From an uncultured Acidobacteriota bacterium (GTDB lineage: Bacteria > Acidobacteriota > Terriglobia > UBA7540), in NCBI GenBank assembly GCA_963804995.1, contig CAWDSK010000006.1, forward strand, positions 672,001 to 736,000: a stretch of DNA of 64,000 bases, in the 5' to 3' direction. Below the pieces are notes generated by a model, which saw only the letters and a list, made by a program, of their open reading frames with translations, made no database searches and was not told where the DNA came from. The first letter of the stretch is position 1. Each line of letters starts with the position of its first letter. The position numbers and the translations under genes were made by a program. This document shows, piece by piece, positions 52,707 to 62,014 of this stretch.

Positions 52707-54041
52707 ATGGTCGACGCATTAATCGTTCATCGCCTGCACTTTGCTTTTACGGTTACTTATCACTACCTGTTTCCACAGCTCACCATGGGATTAGCGTTGC
52801 TCATTCTTATCCTGAAAACCATTGCGCTCAGAACTGGTGAAGAGCATTACAACCGGGCGGCGCGCTTCTGGGCGAAGATTTTCGGAATCAACTTTGCCAT
52901 GGGAGTGGTGACGGGCATCCCCATGGAATTCCAATTCGGCACCAACTGGGCGCAATTCTCCCGTGCCGCGGGCAGCGTGATTGGCCAGACTCTGGCCATG
53001 GAAGGAGTCTTCTCATTTTTCCTGGAATCGAGCTTCCTGGGCCTCTTTCTATTTGGGGAGAAGCGCCTGGGCCCGAAGGGTCACTGGTTTGCTGCCTTCA
53101 TGGTTTTCCTCGGCTCCTGGCTGTCAGGTTACTTGATCGTCGCCACCGACGCCTGGATGCAGTACCCGGTGGCCTACCGGCTGGGCGCGAATGGCGAAAT
53201 CCAGCTCGCGAGCTATTGGGGCCTGCTGTTCAATCCCTGGGCGCTGTGGCAGTACGCGCATAACATGAGCGGCGCGGTCACGACGGCGGCGTTCGCCATG
53301 GCCGCGTTAGGTGCATTCTATCTGTTGACGAAACAATTCCAGGCCTATGCGCAAACCTTTGTGCGGATCGGCGTGGTGGCGGGCCTCCTCGCCTCGCTCT
53401 TTCAACTTGCTCCCTCGGGTGACGCGCAGGGCCGCATGCTGGCTGACCACCAACCGGTCACACTGGCTGCCATGGAGGGCATGTTCGAAACGCAGCGGGG
53501 AGCGCCGATTGCTATCCTGGGCCAGCCCGACATGCAGAACCGGCAACTCGATAATCCCCTCGTAGTGCCGCGCATGCTGAGTTTCCTTACCTATCGCCGC
53601 TGGATGTCGGAGGTGAAGGGTCTGGACGCCTTCCCTCAGCAGGATTGGCCTGACAATATCCCGCTGCTCTATTACAGCTACCACATCATGGTGGGTCTCG
53701 GCACCATCTTCATTGCCATTATGGTCATCGCCGGTTGGAAGCTTTGGAAGGGAACTCTCTACGCTTCGCGGGGCATGCTGTGGGCGCTGATGCTTGCGCT
53801 CCCCTTCCCGTATATTGCCAACACCGCGGGATGGATGACGGCGGAATTCGGCCGCCAGCCGTGGCTGATTTACGGGCTGATGCGCACCCAGGACGGCGTG
53901 TCGCCGCAGGTGTCTTCCGGAAACGTCTGGTTTACGCTCATCGGTTTCATGGGCATGTACACAGTGCTCAGCATACTGTTCCTCTTCCTCGTTTATCGCG
54001 TCATCGAGCGAGGACCGGAATCTTTTTCATCCCATACCTAG
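52707..54041 (+). CDS. cydA: Cytochrome bd ubiquinol oxidase subunit I
   Basis: YHYLF, MEFQFGTNW, LAAMEG, GWMTAEFGRQPW. Confidence 0.95.
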   Translation: MVDALIVHRLHFAFTVTYHYLFPQLTMGLALLILILKTIALRTGEEHYNRAARFWAKIFGINFAMGVVTGIPMEFQFGTNWAQFSRAAGSVIGQTLAMEGVFSFFLESSFLGLFLFGEKRLGPKGHWFAAFMVFLGSWLSGYLIVATDAWMQYPVAYRLGANGEIQLASYWGLLFNPWALWQYAHNMSGAVTTAAFAMAALGAFYLLTKQFQAYAQTFVRIGVVAGLLASLFQLAPSGDAQGRMLADHQPVTLAAMEGMFETQRGAPIAILGQPDMQNRQLDNPLVVPRMLSFLTYRRWMSEVKGLDAFPQQDWPDNIPLLYYSYHIMVGLGTIFIAIMVIAGWKLWKGTLYASRGMLWALMLALPFPYIANTAGWMTAEFGRQPWLIYGLMRTQDGVSPQVSSGNVWFTLIGFMGMYTVLSILFLFLVYRVIERGPESFSSHT

Positions 54042-54068
54042 GCACGAACTGCTTGAGGAGTCACTGGC

Positions 54069-55115
54069 ATGCAAACCGTCTGGTTCTGTCTCGTCGCAGT
54101 CATGATCGCAATTTATGTCGTGTTGGATGGATTTGACCTGGGCGCAGGGGCAATTCATCTGTTGGTGGCGAAGGACGCGAAGGAGCGGCTGCAGGTTATC
54201 CGCTCTATCGGCCCTGTTTGGGACGGCAACGAAGTCTGGTTGCTGGCGGCGGGGGGAGTGCTTTACTTTGCTTTCCCGGTGCTCTACGCCTCTGGATTCA
54301 GCGGCTTCTATTTGCCGCTTATGATCGTGCTCTGGCTGTTGATTCTGCGTGGCATCGCTATTGAATTCCGCGGCCAGGTGGACAGCCCCGTCTGGGTTCA
54401 GCTTTGGGATGTTGTCTTTGCGGGGGCGAGTCTTCTGCTCGCCGTCTTTTTCGGTGCGGCGCTCGGGAATGTGGTTCGCGGTGTCCCCTTGAACGATAAA
54501 GGGTATTTCTTTGAGGCCTTATGGACCAACTTTCGTCTGGGACCGAACACCGGCATCCTGGACTGGTACACGGTCATCGTCGGGGTCGCAGCTCTGCTCA
54601 CCCTCGCCCTGCATGGAGCGCTCTGGCTGGCCGTGAAGACAGAAGGCCCCGTCCACGATCGTTCTACGCGCTTGGCGCGAGCCGTATGGTGGGCCGTCCT
54701 GGCCATGACGATTTTAGTTACCGTGGTCACTTTCGAAGTGCAGTTGCAGGTTCCTCTGAATCTCATGCACCACCCCTGGGGATACATCTTTCCCTTGCTG
54801 GCCCTGGCTGGCCTCGCGGGGATGGCCTGGTTCATGTTGAAGAAAGACGATATGAAAAGCTTCCTTTCGTCTTGCGCGTACATTCTGGGTATGCTGACAA
54901 GCGTGGTGTTTGGATTATACCCGCTGGTTTTGCCGGCCAGCACCCTCCCTTCCTACTCGCTCACCGTCGACAATGCCAAAGCCGGCGATTACGGTCTGCG
55001 CGTGGGCCTGGCGTGGTGGATCGTCGGCATGATACTGGCCAGTGGTTACTTCATTTATCTCTTCCGCAGCTTCGCGGGAAAAGTCCAGACGGGGGAACAA
55101 GAAGAGGGCTATTGA
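54069..55115 (+). CDS. cydB: Cytochrome bd ubiquinol oxidase subunit II
   Basis: LDGFDLGAG, GPVWDGNEVWL, LILRGIAIEFR. Confidence 0.95.
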   Translation: MQTVWFCLVAVMIAIYVVLDGFDLGAGAIHLLVAKDAKERLQVIRSIGPVWDGNEVWLLAAGGVLYFAFPVLYASGFSGFYLPLMIVLWLLILRGIAIEFRGQVDSPVWVQLWDVVFAGASLLLAVFFGAALGNVVRGVPLNDKGYFFEALWTNFRLGPNTGILDWYTVIVGVAALLTLALHGALWLAVKTEGPVHDRSTRLARAVWWAVLAMTILVTVVTFEVQLQVPLNLMHHPWGYIFPLLALAGLAGMAWFMLKKDDMKSFLSSCAYILGMLTSVVFGLYPLVLPASTLPSYSLTVDNAKAGDYGLRVGLAWWIVGMILASGYFIYLFRSFAGKVQTGEQEEGY

Positions 55116-55160
55116 TAATCTCTTGGGCCCAACAACAAGTAAGGGAAGCATCGCGATAAC

Positions 55161-55475
55161 ATGCCCGGCACCTTCAAGAAGCCTGGGGTCGAACGGGATT
55201 TTCTGGCCTTGTGGCCCGCCTATGAGAGTACACGCTCGTTGGATCATCTCCGAGCCACGGAGTACTCTCGCCTGGACCAGCTTGGGCACAGCTACCTTGA
55301 TTACACGGGAGCGGGCCTGCATGCGAGCAGTCAGGTGCGCGAGCACCTGAACCTGATTGAGTCGCACGTTTTCGGCAACCCCCACTCGCACAATCCCACC
55401 TCGACCACCATAACGGCTCTGGTTGAACAGTACCGGCGCAAGGTCCTCGAGTTCGCAACTGAATTCCTTGAATAA
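55161..55475 (+). pseudogene. N-terminal fragment of a class V PLP aminotransferase (Moco-sulfurase-like)
   Basis: EYSRLD..YLDYTGAGL and FGNPHS motifs; ends after 104 aa. Confidence 0.7.
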
Positions 55476-55919
55476 CCCCGAGTTTACAAATGCCGTGGCC
55501 CGAGCCCGGATTTCTCCTTCGTATCACCTGTAAAGTTGTCAGGGTTTGCGCAAACCTCTAATCTCCCTGCGCCTGCTATGACTCAGGCGCACCCTCACCG
55601 CAGGCGTAGGTATTACCTGGCCAACATCGCCCACCTCAGCGTGGTGCGACTGGACCCGTCGCCATCGTAAAAGTGCAGGGAAAACGATAATTATTCCTTG
55701 GATTTAGGTTCGCAACTTACCTGTGGCTTATCCCCCGACGGGGAATGGGAACGCGAAGCTCAGGTAAAGCGGGAAATCCCGGGGATTCGAGGCAGGACAA
55801 CAAACCAGAGGATCAGGAACCCGACAAAAACCAATGCACCTTCCATATGAATGAGGATACACCAAATCGGTGCGGGCGGCGGGGATTACTCCGGTCCGTA
55901 AGAAGCGGTTGCACACTCG

Positions 55920-57494
55920 TCAAAGCGAAGGCCACAGGGATTCCCAAATCTTGAACTCATGATGAAACCCGATCTGTTCGGTGCGGGTGGACTTGCGGCC
56001 GGAAGCGACGTCCAGGGTTTCCTGGAAAATCCTGTTCCCGACCTCTTCCTTCGTTTCCTCGCGGTCCAGGATGGTTCCGGCGTTGATATCCAAATCGGCG
56101 TAGGATTTGGCAAGCTGGGGGTTGGTGCCGATCTTCATCACCGGCCCCAGAGCGCAGCCGATGCCTGTCCCGCGCCCGGTCGTGAAGAGCGCCACTTGCG
56201 CCCCGCTGAGGAACAGGGCGGGAGTGCAGAGGTGATCGTAACCGGGCGTGTAGAGCACATACAGGCCCTTGCGGTCACCCAGCCACTCCCCGTAATCGAT
56301 CAAATCCTCGACGATGGAAGTTCCGCCCTTGGCTTTGACACCGCTCGACTTCAGATAAATGTTGTAAAGCCCGCCCTTGATATTACCCGGTGAAGGATTA
56401 TCGCGGAAGTAGTCGCCGAATTTCCGCACATAAGCCTCATAACGTTTGAGGGCATTCATCAATTTGCGGCCCACGGCACGCGTGCGGGCCCGTCTGACCA
56501 GATCAATCATCGCCGCGCCCTGCAACTCCGGGATTTCCGGAAGGAAAACGGCGGCGCCGGCTTTCACGAACATGTCAGCCGCCACGCCCACGGCGGGATT
56601 GGCGGTCACGCCTGACCAGCGGTCTGACCCGCCGCACTCCGTCCCCACAATAAGTTTAGAAATGGAAACCGGCTGGCGTTGGAATTGATTGGCGTAATGA
56701 AGCAGATTCTCCACGGCTTCCAGGCCGCGTTCAACGGTTTTCTCACTGCCACCCAATTGCTGCACCGTCAAATTCACGACGCGCCGGTTATAGTCGGTAA
56801 TGGAACTCTGAAAGATCGGCACGGAGCACTCAACGCACGTCTTGCCGCACCCCAGGTCAACGTAAGCGGCCGCACCTAGATTCGGATGGCGCAGGGTATT
56901 GGAGAGCAACTGATTGAGAATCGCGACAGCCTCACCGTCGGGCATGCCGCAGCCGGATTCATGAATGATGGGGACAACACCATCGACGTTGGGGAATTTC
57001 TCACGAGAATAAATCTCGCGATGGGCGCGCGTGGCAATTTCCCGGACTTCCGTGGAAGAACACATTCCCGAGGTCACCACGCCAACCAGGTTGCGCACAC
57101 CCACTGTCCCATCCGGCCTGACGAATCCGTCAAACGTCAGGGACGAGAGTTTGGGATCAAGCTTGGTCGGCGCGGGGTTATCAACATAGCGGACGGATAG
57201 GCGAGGCAGCCGGGAATGCAGGTTACTTGTGTCGATGGGTTCGCCCGGGTGAACGGAACGGGAGGCAAGCCCGATGGGATCTCCCAGCGAGACGTAGGCC
57301 TGACCACGGCGGATCGGCTTAATCGCGAAGCTTTGGCCACGCAGGGTGCGGCCAGAAATCGTCATGACTTGCCCCGCGTGTTTCAGTGCGGCGCCCTTAT
57401 CGATCAAATCCGCCGTCACCACGGCCACGTTGTCTTTGTCGGGCCGGACGATGATTGCGACTTCCTGAAGGTCTCGTGGTTCCATACTAAGCAT
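55920..57494 (-). CDS. UxaA/GarD-family sugar-acid dehydratase with SAF domain
   Basis: DNVAV, DGTVGVRN, HESGCG, ECGGSD, NPSPGNIKGGL, FTTGRGT. Confidence 0.88.
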   Translation of the reverse strand: MLSMEPRDLQEVAIIVRPDKDNVAVVTADLIDKGAALKHAGQVMTISGRTLRGQSFAIKPIRRGQAYVSLGDPIGLASRSVHPGEPIDTSNLHSRLPRLSVRYVDNPAPTKLDPKLSSLTFDGFVRPDGTVGVRNLVGVVTSGMCSSTEVREIATRAHREIYSREKFPNVDGVVPIIHESGCGMPDGEAVAILNQLLSNTLRHPNLGAAAYVDLGCGKTCVECSVPIFQSSITDYNRRVVNLTVQQLGGSEKTVERGLEAVENLLHYANQFQRQPVSISKLIVGTECGGSDRWSGVTANPAVGVAADMFVKAGAAVFLPEIPELQGAAMIDLVRRARTRAVGRKLMNALKRYEAYVRKFGDYFRDNPSPGNIKGGLYNIYLKSSGVKAKGGTSIVEDLIDYGEWLGDRKGLYVLYTPGYDHLCTPALFLSGAQVALFTTGRGTGIGCALGPVMKIGTNPQLAKSYADLDINAGTILDREETKEEVGNRIFQETLDVASGRKSTRTEQIGFHHEFKIWESLWPSL

Positions 57495-57689
57495 TCTGCC
57501 TTTCGCCAGGCTGACTTACGTACATCGTTTCTTGACGGACTTGTTACCGCGCCACTTCTTCCTTAAATCCCGGTGTCAGCTACTTTCAAAGCGGGGCGCG
57601 AAGGCCGCGAGTAACGACTCTCCATGTGCAGCCTGATCCCTTGATGCTGGAATCTGCCTGACGGGATTCCGTTGCGCCCTGAGCCGTAC

Positions 57690-59012
57690 CTATCCTGCGG
57701 ACTGCGCGAGGTCTGCAAATTCCGGCACTCGCACTTTCGATCCATAAAAAGCATAGTACGTAATGAACGTATAGCAAGCCATGGGCACGAGCATCGCCAG
57801 GGCCATGCTCCGCGTAAATTGAAAGATCAGTCCCATGGCGGGTGGGGCGCAAGCGCCGCCGATAATCGACATGATGATGATTGAGCCGCCCAGCTTGGTG
57901 TTGGGGCCCAGTTCCTTGATGCCCAGCGCAAAGATAGTGGGGAACATGAGCGACATGAAGAAACTGGTCATGAAAACTGCCCCGACTCCGATCCAGCCCG
58001 GGGAAAAAACTCCCACGCCGACCAGAGCCACATTGATGATGCCATAAACCCCCATGAGCCGGGTTGGCGCGACGAATTTCATCAGATAAGTGGCGGTAAA
58101 CCTACCCACGCCGAAAGCTACCAGGGTCCCAGTAAGAAAATAGCCGGCAATCTTCTCTGGCCGATGCGTGTAATCCTGTATGTATTGGATGTAGTAACTC
58201 CAGGTCCCCACCTGGGCGCCCACGTAGAGAAACTGCGCGATCACGCCCTTCACGAAATGCGGGTAATGAATTAGGTCAGCCGCCTTGCCATGCTGGCGGG
58301 CGCCTGCGGGGTCTGCTTCTTCCGCTACCTTGGGGAATTTAGTTTTCAAGATCAGAAGCGCCCAGAAGAAAATGATCGTACCCAGAACGAGATAGGGAGT
58401 AACGACGCGCAAAGTTTCGCCTTGCAAGTAGGCGTTGTAGGTGCCGGCAGCCTTGAGGGAGTTAACCTGCTGATTGTTCAGTTCGACCCCGGAAAAAATA
58501 AAGACCGTTCCCACCAGGACGCCGGTAACCGCGCCGACAGGGTTGAAAGCCTGGGAAAAGTTGAGCCGGCGCTCCGAAGTCCTGGGATCGCCCAACAAGG
58601 CGATGAACGAATTCGCTCCCGTTTCCAGGAACGACGCGCCGCTGGCAATGACGAACAGGGCAAAGAGAAAAAATCCATAATGGCGAACGATCGCCGCCGG
58701 CCAGAAAAGGAAGGTGCCAAGGCTGTAAAGGAAGAGCCCAATTACCAGCCCGGCCTTGTATCCAAATCTCTTCATCACCAGGGCGGCAGGCACGGCCAAA
58801 AGGAAATAACCCATGTAGAAAGCGGATTGAATCAGCCCTGCCTTGAGCCGAGTGAGCTCAAACGACTTCATGAACTGCTTAATCAGAATGTCGTTCATAT
58901 TGCTCGGGATACCCCAATACAGGAAAAGGGCGGTGACAAGCACAAACGGCAGGGTATTCCCAGGCGAAAAAAGGGGCGGGGGTTGATCCGAGTTGGCATT
59001 CGTCAGGGGCAT
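57690..59012 (-). CDS. fucP: L-fucose:H+ symporter-family MFS permease
   Basis: QSAFYMGYF, FLETGAN, RLNFSQAFN, YVGAQV, SLMFPTIFAL. Confidence 0.85.
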   Translation of the reverse strand: MPLTNANSDQPPPLFSPGNTLPFVLVTALFLYWGIPSNMNDILIKQFMKSFELTRLKAGLIQSAFYMGYFLLAVPAALVMKRFGYKAGLVIGLFLYSLGTFLFWPAAIVRHYGFFLFALFVIASGASFLETGANSFIALLGDPRTSERRLNFSQAFNPVGAVTGVLVGTVFIFSGVELNNQQVNSLKAAGTYNAYLQGETLRVVTPYLVLGTIIFFWALLILKTKFPKVAEEADPAGARQHGKAADLIHYPHFVKGVIAQFLYVGAQVGTWSYYIQYIQDYTHRPEKIAGYFLTGTLVAFGVGRFTATYLMKFVAPTRLMGVYGIINVALVGVGVFSPGWIGVGAVFMTSFFMSLMFPTIFALGIKELGPNTKLGGSIIIMSIIGGACAPPAMGLIFQFTRSMALAMLVPMACYTFITYYAFYGSKVRVPEFADLAQSAG

Positions 59013-59204
59013 GCTGGGGCTCCAGTCGCCAGACTAAAAATCCAAAGTTTCTTTCGGTGGGCAAAACAGGCCGGTCAACCTCGAAACGGCTATCCTATCC
59101 TTCCACTCCGTCCAGCCCAGACAGCATGGCACAAGTCTTGCTGTCGGTATTTCACGGCGGCAGAAGTTTCTCCACTTCTTGTGTTGCTCGGTTTCGTCAT
59201 CGGC

Positions 59205-60224
59205 CTAGGTTTCCAAATCTTGTGTGTCGAGTCTCCCCTCGCTTTTGAGCCTCTCGAAAATGGCAGCGGTTTCCCGGATTCCGTCTTGCAGCGGCGTGCG
59301 CGGAACGCCAGCCAAATCGTGTTGCAGCGCGCTGTCGTCGAAGTCGAAGGAAACTGGCAGAGAATTGCCTTCGGCTTTTACCAGCGTGCGAGACTGGGGC
59401 AGAATCTGTTCCAAGGTGGCAAGAAAATCCTTGATGCGGGTGACCTCGCCGCGTGGTGTATAGACTTTTGCCCCGGTCAAGGCCGTCTCCGCGCAGCGGA
59501 TAAAGATGCGGGAGGTGTCTCGCACGTACTGCAAATCGAGCCCACCGGTAAAGCGAATTGTGTACGGCTGGCCGACCACCGAAGCTTTGATGGCCTTGGT
59601 GGGACCGGAGGTCATCCCCCGGTCGCGCCCCACGCCGTAGACGGATCCCGGGCGGATGGCCACACTGGAAATACCATGATCCAGGAAATAGACTCGAGCA
59701 TTACCTTCATTGCATTGTTTGAAAACGCCGTAATGTGTTCCGGGCAGAAGGGGCGCGCCTTCCGGAACGGTGACGCCCCCGTAAACTTCTTCCGGGCCGA
59801 AGACCGCGGCCGAGCTGGCATAAACGATACGCTCCACCAGATCGCGCCGGCGCCGGGCCGCTTCAAACACATTGAGCGTTCCCACCACGTTGATCATCGC
59901 GCCGCGAATGGGATCTGCCGCACAGAAAGGCACCTGAATTCCAGCCAGATGGAGCACGTGCGTGATGCCGTGCTGCCCAATGGCGCTTTCCACGTCCGCG
60001 AATTGGGTGACATCACCTTGAATGAATTGGACTGACGCGAGCTGCTGCGGGGTCAAGAGCGCCGCCAGTCGCGCTGCCGCGGTGTCGATATCAAAGACAT
60101 ACGGACGGTCCCCACGTTCGATGAGTTCCTTGACGATCCAGGATCCAATAAATCCTTTTGCGCCCGTGATCAGATAACGGCGCGGTGAGTCGGCGGGCTT
60201 GCTACCTTGAGTAGATGGAGTCAT
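59205..60224 (-). CDS. NAD-dependent epimerase/dehydratase
   Basis: TGAKGFIG, HLAG, YASSAAVFG, YGVFK (YxxxK). Confidence 0.88.
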   Translation of the reverse strand: MTPSTQGSKPADSPRRYLITGAKGFIGSWIVKELIERGDRPYVFDIDTAAARLAALLTPQQLASVQFIQGDVTQFADVESAIGQHGITHVLHLAGIQVPFCAADPIRGAMINVVGTLNVFEAARRRRDLVERIVYASSAAVFGPEEVYGGVTVPEGAPLLPGTHYGVFKQCNEGNARVYFLDHGISSVAIRPGSVYGVGRDRGMTSGPTKAIKASVVGQPYTIRFTGGLDLQYVRDTSRIFIRCAETALTGAKVYTPRGEVTRIKDFLATLEQILPQSRTLVKAEGNSLPVSFDFDDSALQHDLAGVPRTPLQDGIRETAAIFERLKSEGRLDTQDLET

Positions 60225-60396
60225 GGCTTGGCATTATATAAGTTCGCGGAAGTGAGTCAACGCCGGGGTGCGATGTTTTGCAGCAAGCCCTTCAGGAACG
60301 GGCCCGGAAATCCAGTTTCGGCAGGCCCGGTGGACAAGAAAAAACATTTCGTGGCGAGGCTGAAATGGTTGCGGCCCATGGGCGGCCGAACGGGAA

Positions 60397-61674
60397 TCAG
60401 TGTGCCGGAGCGTCAGCCGTCCCCGCCTGTTTCTTCGGGGCATGAATCATGAACAAGACGCAGGCCGTCGCCAGCAAGGGTACGGTGCCTGCCAGAAAGA
60501 ACGCCGGGAAGTAGGAAAACTTATCAACCAGCCATCCCACGAGCAGCGTGAAGAGTGTTCCGGCCAGCCCCGCGCCCATTCCGCTTACGCCGGTAACGGT
60601 AGCGACAACGTCCTGCGGAAATAAGTCGGAGGGAAAGGTAAGGCCCATGGTTGACCAGCTCGCATAACCCCACACGGCAAGACTGATAAGAAGGAGTGCC
60701 CCGTAAGCGCTATGTGACATGGCCGCCGGGATTCCGGCGAGCATGGGCACGGAACTGATGACACAGACCCATTTGCGGGCGCGCACCACGGGCATGCCGC
60801 GCTTGATCAGGTAGCCGGAGGCGAAGCCCCCCGTAAAGTTTCCGATATCCGCCGCAACGAAGGGAAGCCACGCGAAGGCCGCAATCTGTTTCAGGCTGAA
60901 CCCCCGTGCGTCACTGAGATATTGCGGCAGCCAAAAAATGTAGAACCACCAGATAGGATCGGTCAGCGAGCGGCCGAGGACGATTCCCCAAACGTTCTTC
61001 TGTTTCAGCAGGCTTAGCCAGCGCGCGACGCCGCGCTGTGAGGAAGTGGTCGCCGTGTCGTGCCCGGCCCTGATGAGCGCCCGCTCCTCCTCGGTCACCC
61101 GTGGATGACGGTCCAGAGGATGATAAACAGCCAGCCAGACGGCCAGCCAGACAAAACCCAGGAGTCCCGAGAATACGAAGGCGTATCGCCAACCAAAGAG
61201 AATGGCAATCCAGGGGACGACCAGCGCCGCAATGGCTCCTCCCACGCTCGAGCCGCTATCAAAAATGGCGACGGCCACCCCACGTTCTTTGGCAGGAAAC
61301 CACTCCGCAACGGTTTTGCTTGCGCCGGGCCAATTGCAACCCTCACCAATACCCAAGAGAAAACGAAACACTCCAAAGGAGAGGACGGAATTCGCGAGGC
61401 CGGTTAACATGCTGATGGCTGACCACCAGATGACCGCTAAAGTGAGGCCGAGCCGCGTGCCGATGATATCGAGCAGAACACCACCCACCAACCACGTGCC
61501 GGCATAGGAAATTTGAAAGGCCGAGAAGATCCAGGAAAGCTGGGTGTGGTTGAGGTGCAATTCCTGCGTGATCACCGGCGCCAGCACGGAGAACGTTTGC
61601 CGGCTGATGTAATTAATTACCGTTGAGCCGAACAGTGTCCAGACGATCCACCAGCGCAGTCGCTTGGAAGCCAT
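60397..61674 (-). CDS. MFS transporter, ExuT/hexuronate-like
   Basis: INYISRQ, RFLLGIGE, EWFPAKERG, DPIWWFYIFWLP. Confidence 0.85.
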   Translation of the reverse strand: MASKRLRWWIVWTLFGSTVINYISRQTFSVLAPVITQELHLNHTQLSWIFSAFQISYAGTWLVGGVLLDIIGTRLGLTLAVIWWSAISMLTGLANSVLSFGVFRFLLGIGEGCNWPGASKTVAEWFPAKERGVAVAIFDSGSSVGGAIAALVVPWIAILFGWRYAFVFSGLLGFVWLAVWLAVYHPLDRHPRVTEEERALIRAGHDTATTSSQRGVARWLSLLKQKNVWGIVLGRSLTDPIWWFYIFWLPQYLSDARGFSLKQIAAFAWLPFVAADIGNFTGGFASGYLIKRGMPVVRARKWVCVISSVPMLAGIPAAMSHSAYGALLLISLAVWGYASWSTMGLTFPSDLFPQDVVATVTGVSGMGAGLAGTLFTLLVGWLVDKFSYFPAFFLAGTVPLLATACVLFMIHAPKKQAGTADAPAH

Positions 61675-61794
61675 AGAGATCGATTCTTCACCTTAATCGC
61701 GGTCCTGAATTCGCGCAATGTCGCTGCACGATACCATAGCCCGCGGCTTTCTGTCATCGATTTTTGGGGCGCTCCGATGGCGTGCGCGGCGGGC

Positions 61795-61905
61795 GGTGGT
61801 GGGTCAGTTTGATGTTGTAGCGGCGAGTTTACCTCGCCAAATGGCGGCGTCCCGATCGGATCGGGATGAATGCCGCCGCCTCTACGTCAAATTGACACCA
61901 CTACC
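61795..61905. repeat. MITE-like outer IR enclosing a GTAG REP doublet
   Basis: Outer GGTGGTGGGTCAGTTTGA / TCAAATTGACACCACTACC; inner GTAGCGGCGAG...GCCGCCTCTAC with a TCCCGATCGGATCGGGA insert. Confidence 0.78.
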
Positions 61906-62014
61906 CCGCAGGTGGCTTCATTGCATTCGGAGGGTGGTTTCATATACAGTACCCGGCGATGTTGCGGAACGCCCGCGCTGTGCGCCTGCTTGTATCTTCT
62001 CCAGGAGTCACTTA

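Noticed and set aside
13300..60035. Long antisense or alternate-frame ORFs (e.g. 13300-14388, 20132-21343, 36342-38219, 48388-49623, 58290-60035)
   Set aside because: Shadow ORFs of GC-rich genes with no recognisable motifs
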